From a virus (taxonomy: Duplodnaviria; Caudoviricetes), in the IMG/VR virus record IMGVR_UViG_3300037119_006434, positions 1 through 50,022 of that record: a stretch of 50,022 nucleotides of DNA; one strand, 5' to 3'. Below, piece by piece: positions 22,919-33,007 of this stretch (position 1 is its first letter; each line of letters opens with the position of its first letter). The notes beneath the pieces were generated by a model. The model did no database searches and was not told where the DNA came from. It saw only the letters and a program-made list of their open reading frames with translations. Both the position numbers and the translations under genes were made by a program.

Positions 22919-24550
22919 ATGACTAGATGGATCTGCTCCGGCTTCGAGGCCCCGGATGAGTTCACCCTGCAGGACTTTCTCAACCATCCGCCGCCGGTCA
23001 TCGCCGTCGATATCGAAACCATCAGTCTGAAGGACCAGACCCTCATCGGGGTCGGCGTGGCGGTCGATGCTTCCCGGGCCTTTTACTTCCCATGTCACCC
23101 CACCCACGGCGGCGACGACTCCATCCTCTTCCAACTGTTCTTCGAGGTGTTTAGCCGGCCGGACATCACCAAAGTTCTACACAACATTGGGTATGATATT
23201 CGGGGGTTAGAGCCCCGGGGGTTTGACTACTCCAGGATTGTTGACACCCGAACCCTCTGCTGGCATCTAGGCATCCCGGCCAGCCTCAAGGAGGCGGCGG
23301 ACGGGGTCCTGCAGTGGAAGATCCGAGAAATCAAGGACATCTTACCACCCCGGCGGAACATGCTGGACCTTCCCGTGGAGCTAGTAGCTTCCAAATGCCT
23401 CGACGACTGCCGGGCAACCTGGGCGTTGTGGGACCAGGGCAGACGGTATCTCCCCAACCACCAATACTTCGCCGACGAGATGGAGACCCTCAGTATCCTG
23501 ATCCGCATGGGTCTCCGAGGCGTGGCGGTAGATCAAACCAAACGAGCGGCCCTTGAGGCCAAATACCGGGCTGAAGCCGACTATTACCGCGGCCTGTGTG
23601 ATGCAGAGGGGTTTAATCCTGGGTCGCCGCAACAAGTCGGGTACATCTTGATGAGCCGCGGGACCATGCTCCCGATGAGCTATGGGAAGATCATCACCGA
23701 CGAGGAGGCCCTTGAGTCGGTAGACGACCCCCTAGCCGCAGTGGTCCTCAACTACCGCAAAGCCGCCAAAGTCCTCGGAACCTATCTAGTCCCCTGGAGC
23801 TTAGGTCCCCGGGCGCACACGGCTTACCATATGAGCACGGGTACCGGGCGCACAGCCTCACTAGACTTCAATCTTCAGAACGTCCCGCCCGACCTCCGGC
23901 AGTGTATCATCCCGGATGACAACCCCGCCCCGGTGTTCACTGAGTGGGATTATTCCCAGCAGGAGTACCGCTGCCTGGCCTATCTGTCTGGTGACCCCCT
24001 GCTCAACCAGTGGTATGCCGAGGGCCGGGATGTCCATCAGATGACAGCCGATGTAATGGGTGGAATACCCCGGCGGGTGGCCAAAAACACCGGCTATGCG
24101 ATGACCTATGGAGGAGACGATGCCACGGTCGCAGCCACCGCGAAGGTCAAAGACCCGCGGGTCGCAGCCAGCCTCAGAAGGACCTGGCTGGACCTATTCC
24201 CTGTCGCTGGCCGGTGGATCGAGGCGTTCGCGCGTCAAGGTCTTGATGACGGGTACGTTACCACCCTCCGAGGCCGCCGACTTTATCTCCCGGATGTTGC
24301 CGAGGTTGGCGCTGACGAGGTCAAGCGAAAAGCCGTCAACTATATGATTCAGGGTAGTTGTGCGGAGATCACCAAAGCTTCCATCCGGGCACAGGCTCAC
24401 CTGGACCTAGCCATCACCGTCCACGACAGCAACCTGCTGAACGATTACATCATGGAGGAGGAGCTCCGTGGCCTCGGCCTGGAAGACCTTGGTCCCTTTA
24501 AGGTACCCATCGAGGTCAAGCATTCCCGGCGATGGGGTCCCGAGGTCTAA
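22919..24550 (+). CDS. polA: Family A DNA polymerase with 3'-5' exonuclease domain
   Basis: Exo DIET, HNIGYD; motif A DYSQQEYR, motif B RRVAKNTGYAMTYG, NYMIQG, motif C TVHDS. Confidence 0.95.
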   Translation: MTRWICSGFEAPDEFTLQDFLNHPPPVIAVDIETISLKDQTLIGVGVAVDASRAFYFPCHPTHGGDDSILFQLFFEVFSRPDITKVLHNIGYDIRGLEPRGFDYSRIVDTRTLCWHLGIPASLKEAADGVLQWKIREIKDILPPRRNMLDLPVELVASKCLDDCRATWALWDQGRRYLPNHQYFADEMETLSILIRMGLRGVAVDQTKRAALEAKYRAEADYYRGLCDAEGFNPGSPQQVGYILMSRGTMLPMSYGKIITDEEALESVDDPLAAVVLNYRKAAKVLGTYLVPWSLGPRAHTAYHMSTGTGRTASLDFNLQNVPPDLRQCIIPDDNPAPVFTEWDYSQQEYRCLAYLSGDPLLNQWYAEGRDVHQMTADVMGGIPRRVAKNTGYAMTYGGDDATVAATAKVKDPRVAASLRRTWLDLFPVAGRWIEAFARQGLDDGYVTTLRGRRLYLPDVAEVGADEVKRKAVNYMIQGSCAEITKASIRAQAHLDLAITVHDSNLLNDYIMEEELRGLGLEDLGPFKVPIEVKHSRRWGPEV

Positions 24551-24584
24551 GTCACAACAGAGTTTATTTTATGGAGGCGGCGGT

Positions 24585-24866
24585 ATGATGGGCCTGATCG
24601 ACATCCCCCGGCTGGACCCCGCCAAAGTCTACACCTTGCGGTGGGTCCCCACCAGCCGAGACTCTTATCGGGAACTATTCGAGGAGTGCGCCGGGCTGTC
24701 CCCGGGGGACGCCGAGGTCGTGCACCTCACCGCCCAGTTCGGTACAGCCGTGGACCTATTTCTCCGCTGTGGCAATTGTGGGCCGGCGGCTAACCCCCTG
24801 AGACTGGTCCCGGGGGTCAGCCTGGCCTGCTCCAAGTGCTACACGGTGTACCGGCTAGAGGTTTAA
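24585..24866 (+). CDS. Zinc-ribbon hypothetical protein
   Basis: GGAGG SD; CGNC...CSKC; last + strand gene before the convergent junction. Confidence 0.6.
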   Translation: MMGLIDIPRLDPAKVYTLRWVPTSRDSYRELFEECAGLSPGDAEVVHLTAQFGTAVDLFLRCGNCGPAANPLRLVPGVSLACSKCYTVYRLEV

Positions 24867-24876
24867 CCCCCAGGGT

Positions 24877-27800
24877 CTAGCGGGTCAGCTGGGTTGCCAG
24901 GGCATACCCGGTGTCCGGCTGCAGCAGGGTCCCGGTCTGCAGTACCGCCTGATATTCCGCCCGGCGGAAGTCGGCCGAGGACTGTAGCTCCTTAGCCAGG
25001 GCCACGGCCCGGTCTACCGAATTGTGGTACCCCTGGGCCTCACCCAGCAGCGAGTTAATCTCCCCGTTGAGCTGCCCCAGAGTCTGGTTATACTGCCCGA
25101 TTTCCTCGATCCTCTCATGTCCTTCATTGACAGAGAGTTGGCCGATCTGGACCCGGACCTGTGCTTCCTCAATGTGGCACCGACATAAAGCCAGGAACCC
25201 TTGGGCGGCTAGGGCTAGGTGCTTGGCCTCCTCGATCCAAGCTAACGCCGCGTTGATATGAGCCTGGACTATGGCGATCCTCTGTGACGCGGTCTGGACA
25301 TAGGTCCCGGCGGCCTGGATCCTAGCCAGGGCTACCTCGACAGACCCCCGGGAGGCAGCAATCCGGGCACTGGCCCGGGCCACCAACCCCTGGCCCTCGG
25401 CCACCAGGGCCTCACCATCTCTCACCAACGTGGCGGCCCCGTTCACCCGCTGCTCTGCCACCGCCACCTGGGACCTAGCCACATCCGCATGAGCCCGGGC
25501 TACCTCAGCTAGGTTCCGCCCGATCTCACTCCGGGCCGTGGACTCAGCCACCCAGGTCCGGGCAATCTCCACCCTCACGGCACCCACCGCCCGGTAGGTA
25601 TCCCCGGCCTGAACCTTTACCCCGGCTAGGGCCGCCAGGCTCCGTTGCATCTCTACCCTGGCAGACGCCTCGGCCACAAAGGTCCGGGCCATTTCCACCC
25701 GGCTGTTTGCTACCGATACATGCTCGGCGACCAGTTGAGTCCGAACCTTAGCCTCCTCAACATGAGCGATAGCCAGTTGGGACCGGGCCTGACCTTCCGC
25801 CACATCCAACTCCCCAGTACGGATCCTAGCCAGGGCAATCTGCACGGAAGCCCCGGCCTGGGCTACCTTCCCCTGGAGGAGTCCCACCGCCTGCTGGGCC
25901 GCCGCAACCCGGGAGTTCGCGGCCTCGACCAGGACCCGGCCCACGGTCGCCTGACCACCCAGGCTCTCCAACTTCACGCTGGCGTTCTTGGTCCTCTCGG
26001 CGGCCTCGGCGATCCAGGACTGTGTCACCCCCAGGTCAATCCGGGCATTCTCCAGCATATCCCGTTCGTGCTCGATAAAGGAGCGGACCTGCTGTGTGGA
26101 GAGCTCCGAGTACCTGCCGAAGTTCTCGGGGACATCCTTGCCGGTGTTAACCGTGTTGATGAAGTCGTCGCCGTCGGTTAGATAGCTCGCCACGAGTTCC
26201 GTGTAGCCGAAACCTAGGTTAGTCCAGTCCGTGAGGGCATTGACCAAGGTTGTAGCCAGATGGGCGTTGCCGTTGGTAATCTTGTTCAGCGCGGTGGCTG
26301 ATAACCCCAGGTATGCATCCACGGCGGCGAGGATCGTCGTAACCCCGGAGTTAGCTACCACTGTCGCTGAGGTAGCGTCGGCCTGAGATTGGGTGAGATA
26401 CCCCTGCCCGGTGACCGTGTACTGATCCCCGGCATCGTTCTTCACCCCGGCGGCACCGGCCGCAGTGTCCGCGGCGGTAGCTTCCGCAGCCACCTTATCC
26501 AACGCAGTGTCAGCGTCTGCGAGCCCGGTGCTGGTGAGTCCCAAAGCATTACCCGCGGCCGTGAACTCCGCGGCGGAGTCAGCCAGGGCCTTACCCGCCC
26601 CGGTGGTATCACTCAGCTGGACGGTGACTTTATCTAGCGCGGCCGTGATCGGCCCGGTTACCTTAGCGGTGTCCACGTCGACCACTGCCGCACCAATGGC
26701 CCCGACCGCCGAGGCGAGTTCAGCGGTGGTCAGGGCCGCCGCCACGTTTGGTAGGTTGTCGTCCGCGGTCTGGGCAATGGTCTGGGCGGTGGTGATGCTG
26801 GCCAAGGCCCCGCTAACCGCCGAGTTTGCCGACGCCAGGTCCGACGCCACCACCCCGCTGATCTGCCCGGAGACCGTGGCCAGGACCGTGGCCGCTTGGT
26901 CAAACGCCGCCTTAGCATCGGCGATGTCCGCACTGGCGGTAGCAATGTTGGACTCGGCCGTGGCGAGGTCACTCATCGTGGTGGCTCCCTGCCAGTTCTC
27001 GACCTTGTTTAGTTCCTCGGCGGCCTCTACTAACCCACTGTCTACCTGTAGTAGTTCCAGTTCGGCATGGTTCAGCACGGACCCAGGACCCCGGTCCGTG
27101 GCCGCCGCCAGAATAGACAGCAAAGTCACGAGGGAGGAGTCCAGGTCCACCAACGCGGCATCAGCCTTGGTTACCTGGTCTACGACCCTATCCAAGGCGC
27201 CCTTGGCAATGAGATGGGTCGCGGTAATAGCTACCCGGATGACCCCCTGCTCGGTATGCAGGGTCACCGCCGCGAGGATTCGGCTCCGGGCGGTCTCGAG
27301 GTCCGCGGCCGACCGCAAGTATTGTTTGGACGCCAGGCTCATCAAACAGTACATCCCGGCACCCTTGATGACCAGCTCGTTGAGGTTACCAGGATAAGAG
27401 CCGATGGTCAGGCCAGTTGGCGGATCCTGCGGCCCATCGTAATACACCCAGATATGCTGGCCCTCAACCACCCGGGCTTGGGTGTCAATGCCGGCACCCA
27501 ACTCTAGCATGGTATTCTCCACCCTAAAGTCCAGGGTGGTTTCAGGCACGGCCCCGGCCTGGTAGCCGACTCTTCGGACCCGGTACATCGACCCATTCAG
27601 CGGGCCAAGGTCGAAGGCGGTCCCCAGCAGCAAGTAATCTATCAGTAGACTCTGGCCGACAGTGATAGCGGCCCCGGGGATGCTAGCCACCCGGCCGTTG
27701 GCGTAGTCCATGCGGTAGTCTACATCCCGGGTGTAAGTCACAGTACCGGCGGCATTGGTTAGTACCTCCGAGGCTGGCCTGACCCGCTTGTTCCTCAGAG

Positions 27801-28011
27801 TCACCCAGGTCCCGGCCACGGTGGCATTGACTACTGGTTCGTTGGTTACCGTCAGGCTAACAGTGATGTCCAGGATCGAGGACTTCGGCAGCCTGAGGCT
27901 TAGATCCGAGACAGCTCGTTGGACCGCCCGCTCCAGCTCATTGTCCGTCAGGTCAGTTGACGTGGCCCCCAGGTCCGTCCTGATGGCGTTCCGCATCTCC
28001 TGTATTCGCAT
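24877..28011 (-). CDS. Virion protein: adaptor-like N-terminus plus very long Ala-rich coiled coil
   Basis: 1044 aa; GAGGAG SD; helical start and VYY...LVIKGA motif as in head-tail adaptors, then ~800 aa helical repeat. Confidence 0.7.
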   Translation of the reverse strand: MRIQEMRNAIRTDLGATSTDLTDNELERAVQRAVSDLSLRLPKSSILDITVSLTVTNEPVVNATVAGTWVTLRNKRVRPASEVLTNAAGTVTYTRDVDYRMDYANGRVASIPGAAITVGQSLLIDYLLLGTAFDLGPLNGSMYRVRRVGYQAGAVPETTLDFRVENTMLELGAGIDTQARVVEGQHIWVYYDGPQDPPTGLTIGSYPGNLNELVIKGAGMYCLMSLASKQYLRSAADLETARSRILAAVTLHTEQGVIRVAITATHLIAKGALDRVVDQVTKADAALVDLDSSLVTLLSILAAATDRGPGSVLNHAELELLQVDSGLVEAAEELNKVENWQGATTMSDLATAESNIATASADIADAKAAFDQAATVLATVSGQISGVVASDLASANSAVSGALASITTAQTIAQTADDNLPNVAAALTTAELASAVGAIGAAVVDVDTAKVTGPITAALDKVTVQLSDTTGAGKALADSAAEFTAAGNALGLTSTGLADADTALDKVAAEATAADTAAGAAGVKNDAGDQYTVTGQGYLTQSQADATSATVVANSGVTTILAAVDAYLGLSATALNKITNGNAHLATTLVNALTDWTNLGFGYTELVASYLTDGDDFINTVNTGKDVPENFGRYSELSTQQVRSFIEHERDMLENARIDLGVTQSWIAEAAERTKNASVKLESLGGQATVGRVLVEAANSRVAAAQQAVGLLQGKVAQAGASVQIALARIRTGELDVAEGQARSQLAIAHVEEAKVRTQLVAEHVSVANSRVEMARTFVAEASARVEMQRSLAALAGVKVQAGDTYRAVGAVRVEIARTWVAESTARSEIGRNLAEVARAHADVARSQVAVAEQRVNGAATLVRDGEALVAEGQGLVARASARIAASRGSVEVALARIQAAGTYVQTASQRIAIVQAHINAALAWIEEAKHLALAAQGFLALCRCHIEEAQVRVQIGQLSVNEGHERIEEIGQYNQTLGQLNGEINSLLGEAQGYHNSVDRAVALAKELQSSADFRRAEYQAVLQTGTLLQPDTGYALATQLTR

Positions 28012-30727
28012 ACAGCGTCTCCTCTAACTGCTCTACCCTCTTGGACAGCTGGGCTACGGCCCCGACTAGGAGGCCATTGGTCAGGCTTAGGTCATTCCAG
28101 CCGTCATCGGCGACTACCTGGACCGGGGCCTTGACCTCGGACCCAGTCCTTAACGACTCATGGAGTTGTTGGACCAGAGCCACGTCATCTTCATCGTGGA
28201 ACTGGGATAATGTAGTCCGCCATCTAACATCCCCGGCATAGAGTCTCTCCCAGTATCTTACGTCATTGCCTAGGTAAGCACCGTTGGATACTCTAGGAAA
28301 TAGACCAATATTCGGGCCATTGCCGGCGCCGGGGGGACCAACAACCACCACGTTCTCGAAGAACCCAGTCTGACTGTGGACTTCGCCGAACCGGATTTCA
28401 AAAGTCCCCAGCAATGCGACATTAGGGGACTCAGGCACCATCGCTCCATTAACCCCGATTATCGTGATCCTATTAGAGGATATATTCTGCCCCCGGATGT
28501 TAAGCCAGAAGCGGTTAGCCTGACCAATATCTCCACTATTCGGGCCATTAATAGGCACCAGTTGGTGCATAAACGCGGTACCAGTATCTGGGATCTGCAG
28601 GGTCCCGTGAGCGTATAGGTTTATGCTGCGGACATTATTCCATCTATGGTTAAGATCCCCCAGGGACGCCACCCCGTCGTCAAACGGCGCGTATAGGGTG
28701 AAGATGGTCTGCTGGGCCTGGTTCCTAGTGACAAACCACAACGTGGCCACGCCGCCGCCGACCCCATATGGGCCAAAGAATCTGTCCGTGGCGGTGAATA
28801 GCCCCTGGACCGAGTAGAACCCACCCGGGGCATTAGTACCTAGGGGGATATTATTGGTATGGGGAGTGCGGTTGAGGACATTAGACCCGCTGACGACCGC
28901 CGTATTGAGATAGGATATTATGACTTGGTTACCAATCCCAATACTAGCATCATAGAACTGCATCTGGTTGGCAACTGTAATACCATTACGGTCAAGGATA
29001 GTATTACCAGCCTGAGCGTAGGCTTTGCCATCCACTGAGCTGATGGCAAACTGCTCCAGGCCATTAAACATACCCTGGATACCGGCGGGGGTGAACCGAA
29101 CATTAGGTATGTTCCCAAGAGCCGGGTCCCGGGCATAGATGTTTAACCCATACTTGGGCTCCTTGTCAATTAGGAAATCAAAGGCTTCATTGATGGCGGT
29201 AATCTGGACATCCGTTACTGTTCGGTGACTGGTATCCTGGATCGCAGCTAACAGGAGCAGATGGCCGGCGGAGGTTACATCCCCGAAGGCTATCCGGCGG
29301 TAGTTAACCGGCCCGTCGGGAATCTGATCTAGGGTCAGGCTAACCGCCGAGGGGTACCCCCCGGCCTCCCCGGGTGATGTTGGGTTGGGGTATGAAGGGT
29401 CGAACGGCAAGTCCACCCCGGCGCCGACGTAGAGGTTGCCGAACCCCACCTCTATCTGGTACACCCCGGCTTTACTGTCCCAGGTTCGATTAACAGACCC
29501 TACCCAGCCAAAGTACGTGGCGTTTAGCCGGGGGTCTACTACCCCGACATAATCCCACAGCTCCTGGCCACAGTTCATCCGGGCTTTGATGGTCCCGGTG
29601 GAGGCCTCCAGCTGTGATCGGCGGAGCAAGGAATCAGCTACCACCGCGGCCTCAGCGTTGGACTGCACCTCGATGTCGATGAACTTGGTCACCGGCAGAC
29701 CATATTGTGCAGTGGCAACATTGTCCTCGGCCGCGGCGAGGATTGACTCGGTCGAGGTCAGCCCGGCCTTGGAGTTAAACACCACTATACGGGTGGGTAG
29801 GACTAGTTTGTTATCCCGCAGATCAGTAAAGGTTCTATCCGCCGAGTAGGTATTAGTGGTCGCGGGGTCTGTAGCCACGGTCCCAAGATGCAGGAATCCA
29901 TCCGCCCGGACCCGAGAGTACACCTTGGTCCGGCCAAGCATGTCTTTGGTTATCCCCAGGACATTAGCCCCGGTCTCGGTCGTGTACACGGGGGTCTGGG
30001 TCGTGATGATACCATCAGTAGAGTCCAACACTACAGTGGTGTGGGCGGCCAGCAAACTCTGGAGAAACTGTAGGATCGTGAGGGTGCCGTTGTTCCCTGG
30101 GCCGGGACCCCCGCCCCAGGGGGTGATAGCCAACACGGTGATAAAGTTGGTGGGGTTTAGGTCACTCTGGACCTGCTCATTGCCAACGAACCCGGGGCCG
30201 GCGACCCTGTGCACCGAGATAAAAGCAGTATTGGGGATCCCGGGCTGTGGTGCTCCGACGTAGAGGATCCGGGCCTTAGTCTTACTGACAAACCCGGTTA
30301 CTGTCATCCCGGGGGTTAGTATCCCCGTGATAGGTCCCCGGACATCCATACCACCACTAGCGACATTCGCCAGGCTCAGCCGCTCCCACAACCCACGGCA
30401 CTGGATTCGTCGGACAAGTACCCCCTCGCGGGACTCGTCCTGATAATCCAATATCCACATCGGAGCAGAGTCAGACCACTCCACAGTACCCGCGGCCGTG
30501 AAGAACCCCCAGCCTATTACCACCCTCAGGCCCCTGGCATCGAACCCCGACAGCACCCTGTCTTGGTTTAGGACTACAATCTCCGCGCTAGTGGCAAACG
30601 GCTCCTCCTTATGGGTGACACTGAGGACCCGGGGGGAGTAGTCCGCGCCGCCGATAACCACATGGACATGAGGCCGGGCGGAAGGTTGGTCCTGAGCCAG
30701 CAGGAGATTACTGGTGAGGGGCCTCAT
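27953..30727 (-). CDS. Tail / receptor-binding protein
   Basis: 924 aa; hub-like N-terminal half; repeated LG...RW/RF fibre motifs; chaperone-like C-terminus (LLVGAVAQLSKRVEQLE). Confidence 0.75.
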   Translation of the reverse strand: MRPLTSNLLLAQDQPSARPHVHVVIGGADYSPRVLSVTHKEEPFATSAEIVVLNQDRVLSGFDARGLRVVIGWGFFTAAGTVEWSDSAPMWILDYQDESREGVLVRRIQCRGLWERLSLANVASGGMDVRGPITGILTPGMTVTGFVSKTKARILYVGAPQPGIPNTAFISVHRVAGPGFVGNEQVQSDLNPTNFITVLAITPWGGGPGPGNNGTLTILQFLQSLLAAHTTVVLDSTDGIITTQTPVYTTETGANVLGITKDMLGRTKVYSRVRADGFLHLGTVATDPATTNTYSADRTFTDLRDNKLVLPTRIVVFNSKAGLTSTESILAAAEDNVATAQYGLPVTKFIDIEVQSNAEAAVVADSLLRRSQLEASTGTIKARMNCGQELWDYVGVVDPRLNATYFGWVGSVNRTWDSKAGVYQIEVGFGNLYVGAGVDLPFDPSYPNPTSPGEAGGYPSAVSLTLDQIPDGPVNYRRIAFGDVTSAGHLLLLAAIQDTSHRTVTDVQITAINEAFDFLIDKEPKYGLNIYARDPALGNIPNVRFTPAGIQGMFNGLEQFAISSVDGKAYAQAGNTILDRNGITVANQMQFYDASIGIGNQVIISYLNTAVVSGSNVLNRTPHTNNIPLGTNAPGGFYSVQGLFTATDRFFGPYGVGGGVATLWFVTRNQAQQTIFTLYAPFDDGVASLGDLNHRWNNVRSINLYAHGTLQIPDTGTAFMHQLVPINGPNSGDIGQANRFWLNIRGQNISSNRITIIGVNGAMVPESPNVALLGTFEIRFGEVHSQTGFFENVVVVGPPGAGNGPNIGLFPRVSNGAYLGNDVRYWERLYAGDVRWRTTLSQFHDEDDVALVQQLHESLRTGSEVKAPVQVVADDGWNDLSLTNGLLVGAVAQLSKRVEQLEETLYANTGDAERHQDGPGGHVN

Positions 30728-30729
30728 GG

Positions 30730-31014
30730 TTAGCTGTGTACCTCAAAGGAGTCCCTTTGCCGGGTTACCCTTGTGCCGCTGACCGCATGATACAGGACCT
30801 CATAGATACCCAGGGGCGCCGTCAGGGGTAGCAAATAGTCCATCCGCCATTCACCGACGAGGACATTGACCATCGACTGGGCGGTGACCACGGCCAGGCC
30901 GTTTGGGTCGGTGATGGTGACTACGATTGACGTGGGGTCCCGGGGCTGCCCGGACCTTGCGTCCTTGACCGTCTGCTCGATAACGACGGTTTCGCCGGCC
31001 TCGAACCTCGCCAT
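30730..31014 (-). CDS. Small Ig-like structural protein
   Basis: GETV...VTITDPNG...GEWRMDY...GIYEV beta-sandwich pattern. Confidence 0.7.
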   Translation of the reverse strand: MARFEAGETVVIEQTVKDARSGQPRDPTSIVVTITDPNGLAVVTAQSMVNVLVGEWRMDYLLPLTAPLGIYEVLYHAVSGTRVTRQRDSFEVHS

Positions 31015-32070
31015 CTAGCGACTCCTTAGGATAGAGTTCAGGCTCAGGTCCTGCCTGATGGTGCTACTGAGGGTCAGGTCTTGCCGGATGGTAGAGTCCA
31101 TGCTTAGGTCTTGTCGGATGTGAGACTCAAGAAGGATGATGAACCCGGCCAGGCCGAGCCCACCCGCCGGGGACAAAGTCCCCCGGAGGATAATCCGGGC
31201 TCTCTTGATGAGGGTGCCGACTGGACCTAGAGTCCCAAACAGCTGAACCCCCGGGCCACGGGTGGTCCCGGCCATCGGCCTGAGGAGGGCGAAGATTTGC
31301 CGGCGGAGGCGTTTAGATCCGGCGGCCGTCAATACCAAGGCTCCGGCGAACCGCTTGAAGTACCGCCGAATGATGACCCCGGATAGTACCAGGGCCCCGG
31401 TGAGAGCCTTGCGGGTTCGCCGGCTAACGATCCCGATCAACACCAGGCTGCCGCCGACCAGCTTTTGGAATAGCCGGCCCCGGGTGGTTGATCCTAGGGG
31501 GGTGAGGGTCCCGGCGATGGTCCGGCGAATCCGCCGGGCTGTGGTGTTAGTGAGAACCAAAGCCCCGGTAAGAAGCTTCCTAGGCCTACGGACAAATATG
31601 GCGGTCAGGCCCAGAGACCCGGCAAAGGTCCGGGGCCGAATTCTTGCTCGGATTGTGGCGGCGGTGAGGCCCAGGACCCCGGCTCTGGTAGTGTGGATTC
31701 GCCGGGGCACCAGCCCAGACAACAGTAAGGCCCCGGCCGGGAACAGGCGGTTCCGCCGGGGCAGGGTGCTGGTGAGGATTAAGTTGGCCAGGAAAGCCCG
31801 GAGATGGATGTTGCGGTTAGCAATCCTCCCGGCCGGGGTGATGACGCCGGTTAGTATCCGGGTGCGGGTCTTCAGGGACCTGAGGATCCCGGAGAACCCA
31901 AGCTGAGCGTTTACCAGCTTGCGGGTCCTCAGCAGTAGGTTGTTGTTCCCCAGCAGGGCGGTAAACACCAGGGGGAATGGCGCGCCCAGGTTAAACCTCA
32001 ACTGCCCGGAGGCTGTCACTCGGTTGATGGGCTCGGCGAAGGGGAAAGGAAAGTTGTAAGGAAAAGGCAT
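31015..32070 (-). CDS. Arg-rich repetitive structural protein
   Basis: MPFPYNFPFPF start; 18/20-aa repeats; three C-terminal IRQDL repeats. Confidence 0.75.
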   Translation of the reverse strand: MPFPYNFPFPFAEPINRVTASGQLRFNLGAPFPLVFTALLGNNNLLLRTRKLVNAQLGFSGILRSLKTRTRILTGVITPAGRIANRNIHLRAFLANLILTSTLPRRNRLFPAGALLLSGLVPRRIHTTRAGVLGLTAATIRARIRPRTFAGSLGLTAIFVRRPRKLLTGALVLTNTTARRIRRTIAGTLTPLGSTTRGRLFQKLVGGSLVLIGIVSRRTRKALTGALVLSGVIIRRYFKRFAGALVLTAAGSKRLRRQIFALLRPMAGTTRGPGVQLFGTLGPVGTLIKRARIILRGTLSPAGGLGLAGFIILLESHIRQDLSMDSTIRQDLTLSSTIRQDLSLNSILRSR

Positions 32071-32073
32071 TAC

Positions 32074-32187
32074 CTATCCCCCGGCCCGGCGGTTTAGGTG
32101 CCTCCAAGCCTGATATTTCTGGGCCTTGGACTCAGGCTTAACCTTGGTAGGCACCTTGAGGGGCTTGGGCGCCTTGACCTGCTTCAT
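32074..32187 (-). CDS. 37-aa Lys-rich peptide
   Basis: MKQVKAPKPLKVPTKVKPESKAQKYQAWRHLNRRAGG; ATGA overlap; fills the gap exactly. Confidence 0.55.
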   Translation of the reverse strand: MKQVKAPKPLKVPTKVKPESKAQKYQAWRHLNRRAGG

Positions 32188-32666
32188 CCCGCGACCGAGT
32201 GCAACCCCCGGATTTCTTCGACCTCAACCTGCTTCGCGGCCTCCAGATCATGCCGCAGCTTCTGGTATTTGGGGCCGAGGATTCGATCCGCCGGGGCTCC
32301 CTTGAGGTCCAGGAATGTGTCCTTGGCGTAGAGGAATAGCCGGGACTCCATAAGATACTCGGTCTCTTCCTGACCCATGGACTCGTCCAGCTCTTGGACC
32401 CGGGCGTTGATGCGGGTCATCAGCATTTGGTATTCGGGCTCATCTGCCCGGCCGGCAAACCGCCGATTCACCCTCTTGGCCTCACCAATCAGCTCTTCGA
32501 GGTTGCCGTCGTAGATGAGGTTCGCCCGGGCCAGGAATCCATCCACCTCCATGGCCTTGGCAGATTCGTGGAGGTCCCGGTCCTTACTCGGGGCCGTGAC
32601 TACCAGGCTGAGGATCCGGGCACACTCGCGGGTGGTTATGAGCTTCCAGAGTTTGGCCACGGCCAT
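32184..32666 (-). CDS. Hypothetical protein
   Basis: AGGAG SD; 160 aa. Confidence 0.75.
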   Translation of the reverse strand: MAVAKLWKLITTRECARILSLVVTAPSKDRDLHESAKAMEVDGFLARANLIYDGNLEELIGEAKRVNRRFAGRADEPEYQMLMTRINARVQELDESMGQEETEYLMESRLFLYAKDTFLDLKGAPADRILGPKYQKLRHDLEAAKQVEVEEIRGLHSVAG

Positions 32667-32689
32667 GGTTATTCTCCTATGGTTGTGAG

Positions 32690-32995
32690 CTAGGACCCGG
32701 TGTAACCCGTCCCCCAGATCCGCCGGGCGAAGGCGGTGAAATCCTTAGCCGGGGAAACCTCCGCCTGGCCCAGGAACACGGTTCTTAACTGGTCCAGATC
32801 AGCCATGGCGGACTTGAGGTTATCAATGTCCGGCTGGGTATACCCCAGGAGGATGAGGTCGGCGTTCTGGGCAGTGTCGAGGAACTTCTTGGCGTTACCG
32901 ATATTGAGGAACGCCACGTTCAGGGCCTGGGCGGCTCCGCCGCAGGTTACATCAACCGTCTGCTTGGTGAGGGCTGCGTTGAGTCCCGCGGACAT
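32690..32995 (-). CDS. Hypothetical structural-region protein
   Basis: AAGGAG SD; 101 aa. Confidence 0.75.
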   Translation of the reverse strand: MSAGLNAALTKQTVDVTCGGAAQALNVAFLNIGNAKKFLDTAQNADLILLGYTQPDIDNLKSAMADLDQLRTVFLGQAEVSPAKDFTAFARRIWGTGYTGS

Positions 32996-33007
32996 GCTGT
33001 TCTCCTT

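Noticed and set aside
26465-27397. Long + strand ORFs opposite structural genes (also 31262-31906, 36676-37773 and others)
   Set aside because: Antisense shadows of GC-rich coding sequence with no SD or recognisable motifs.
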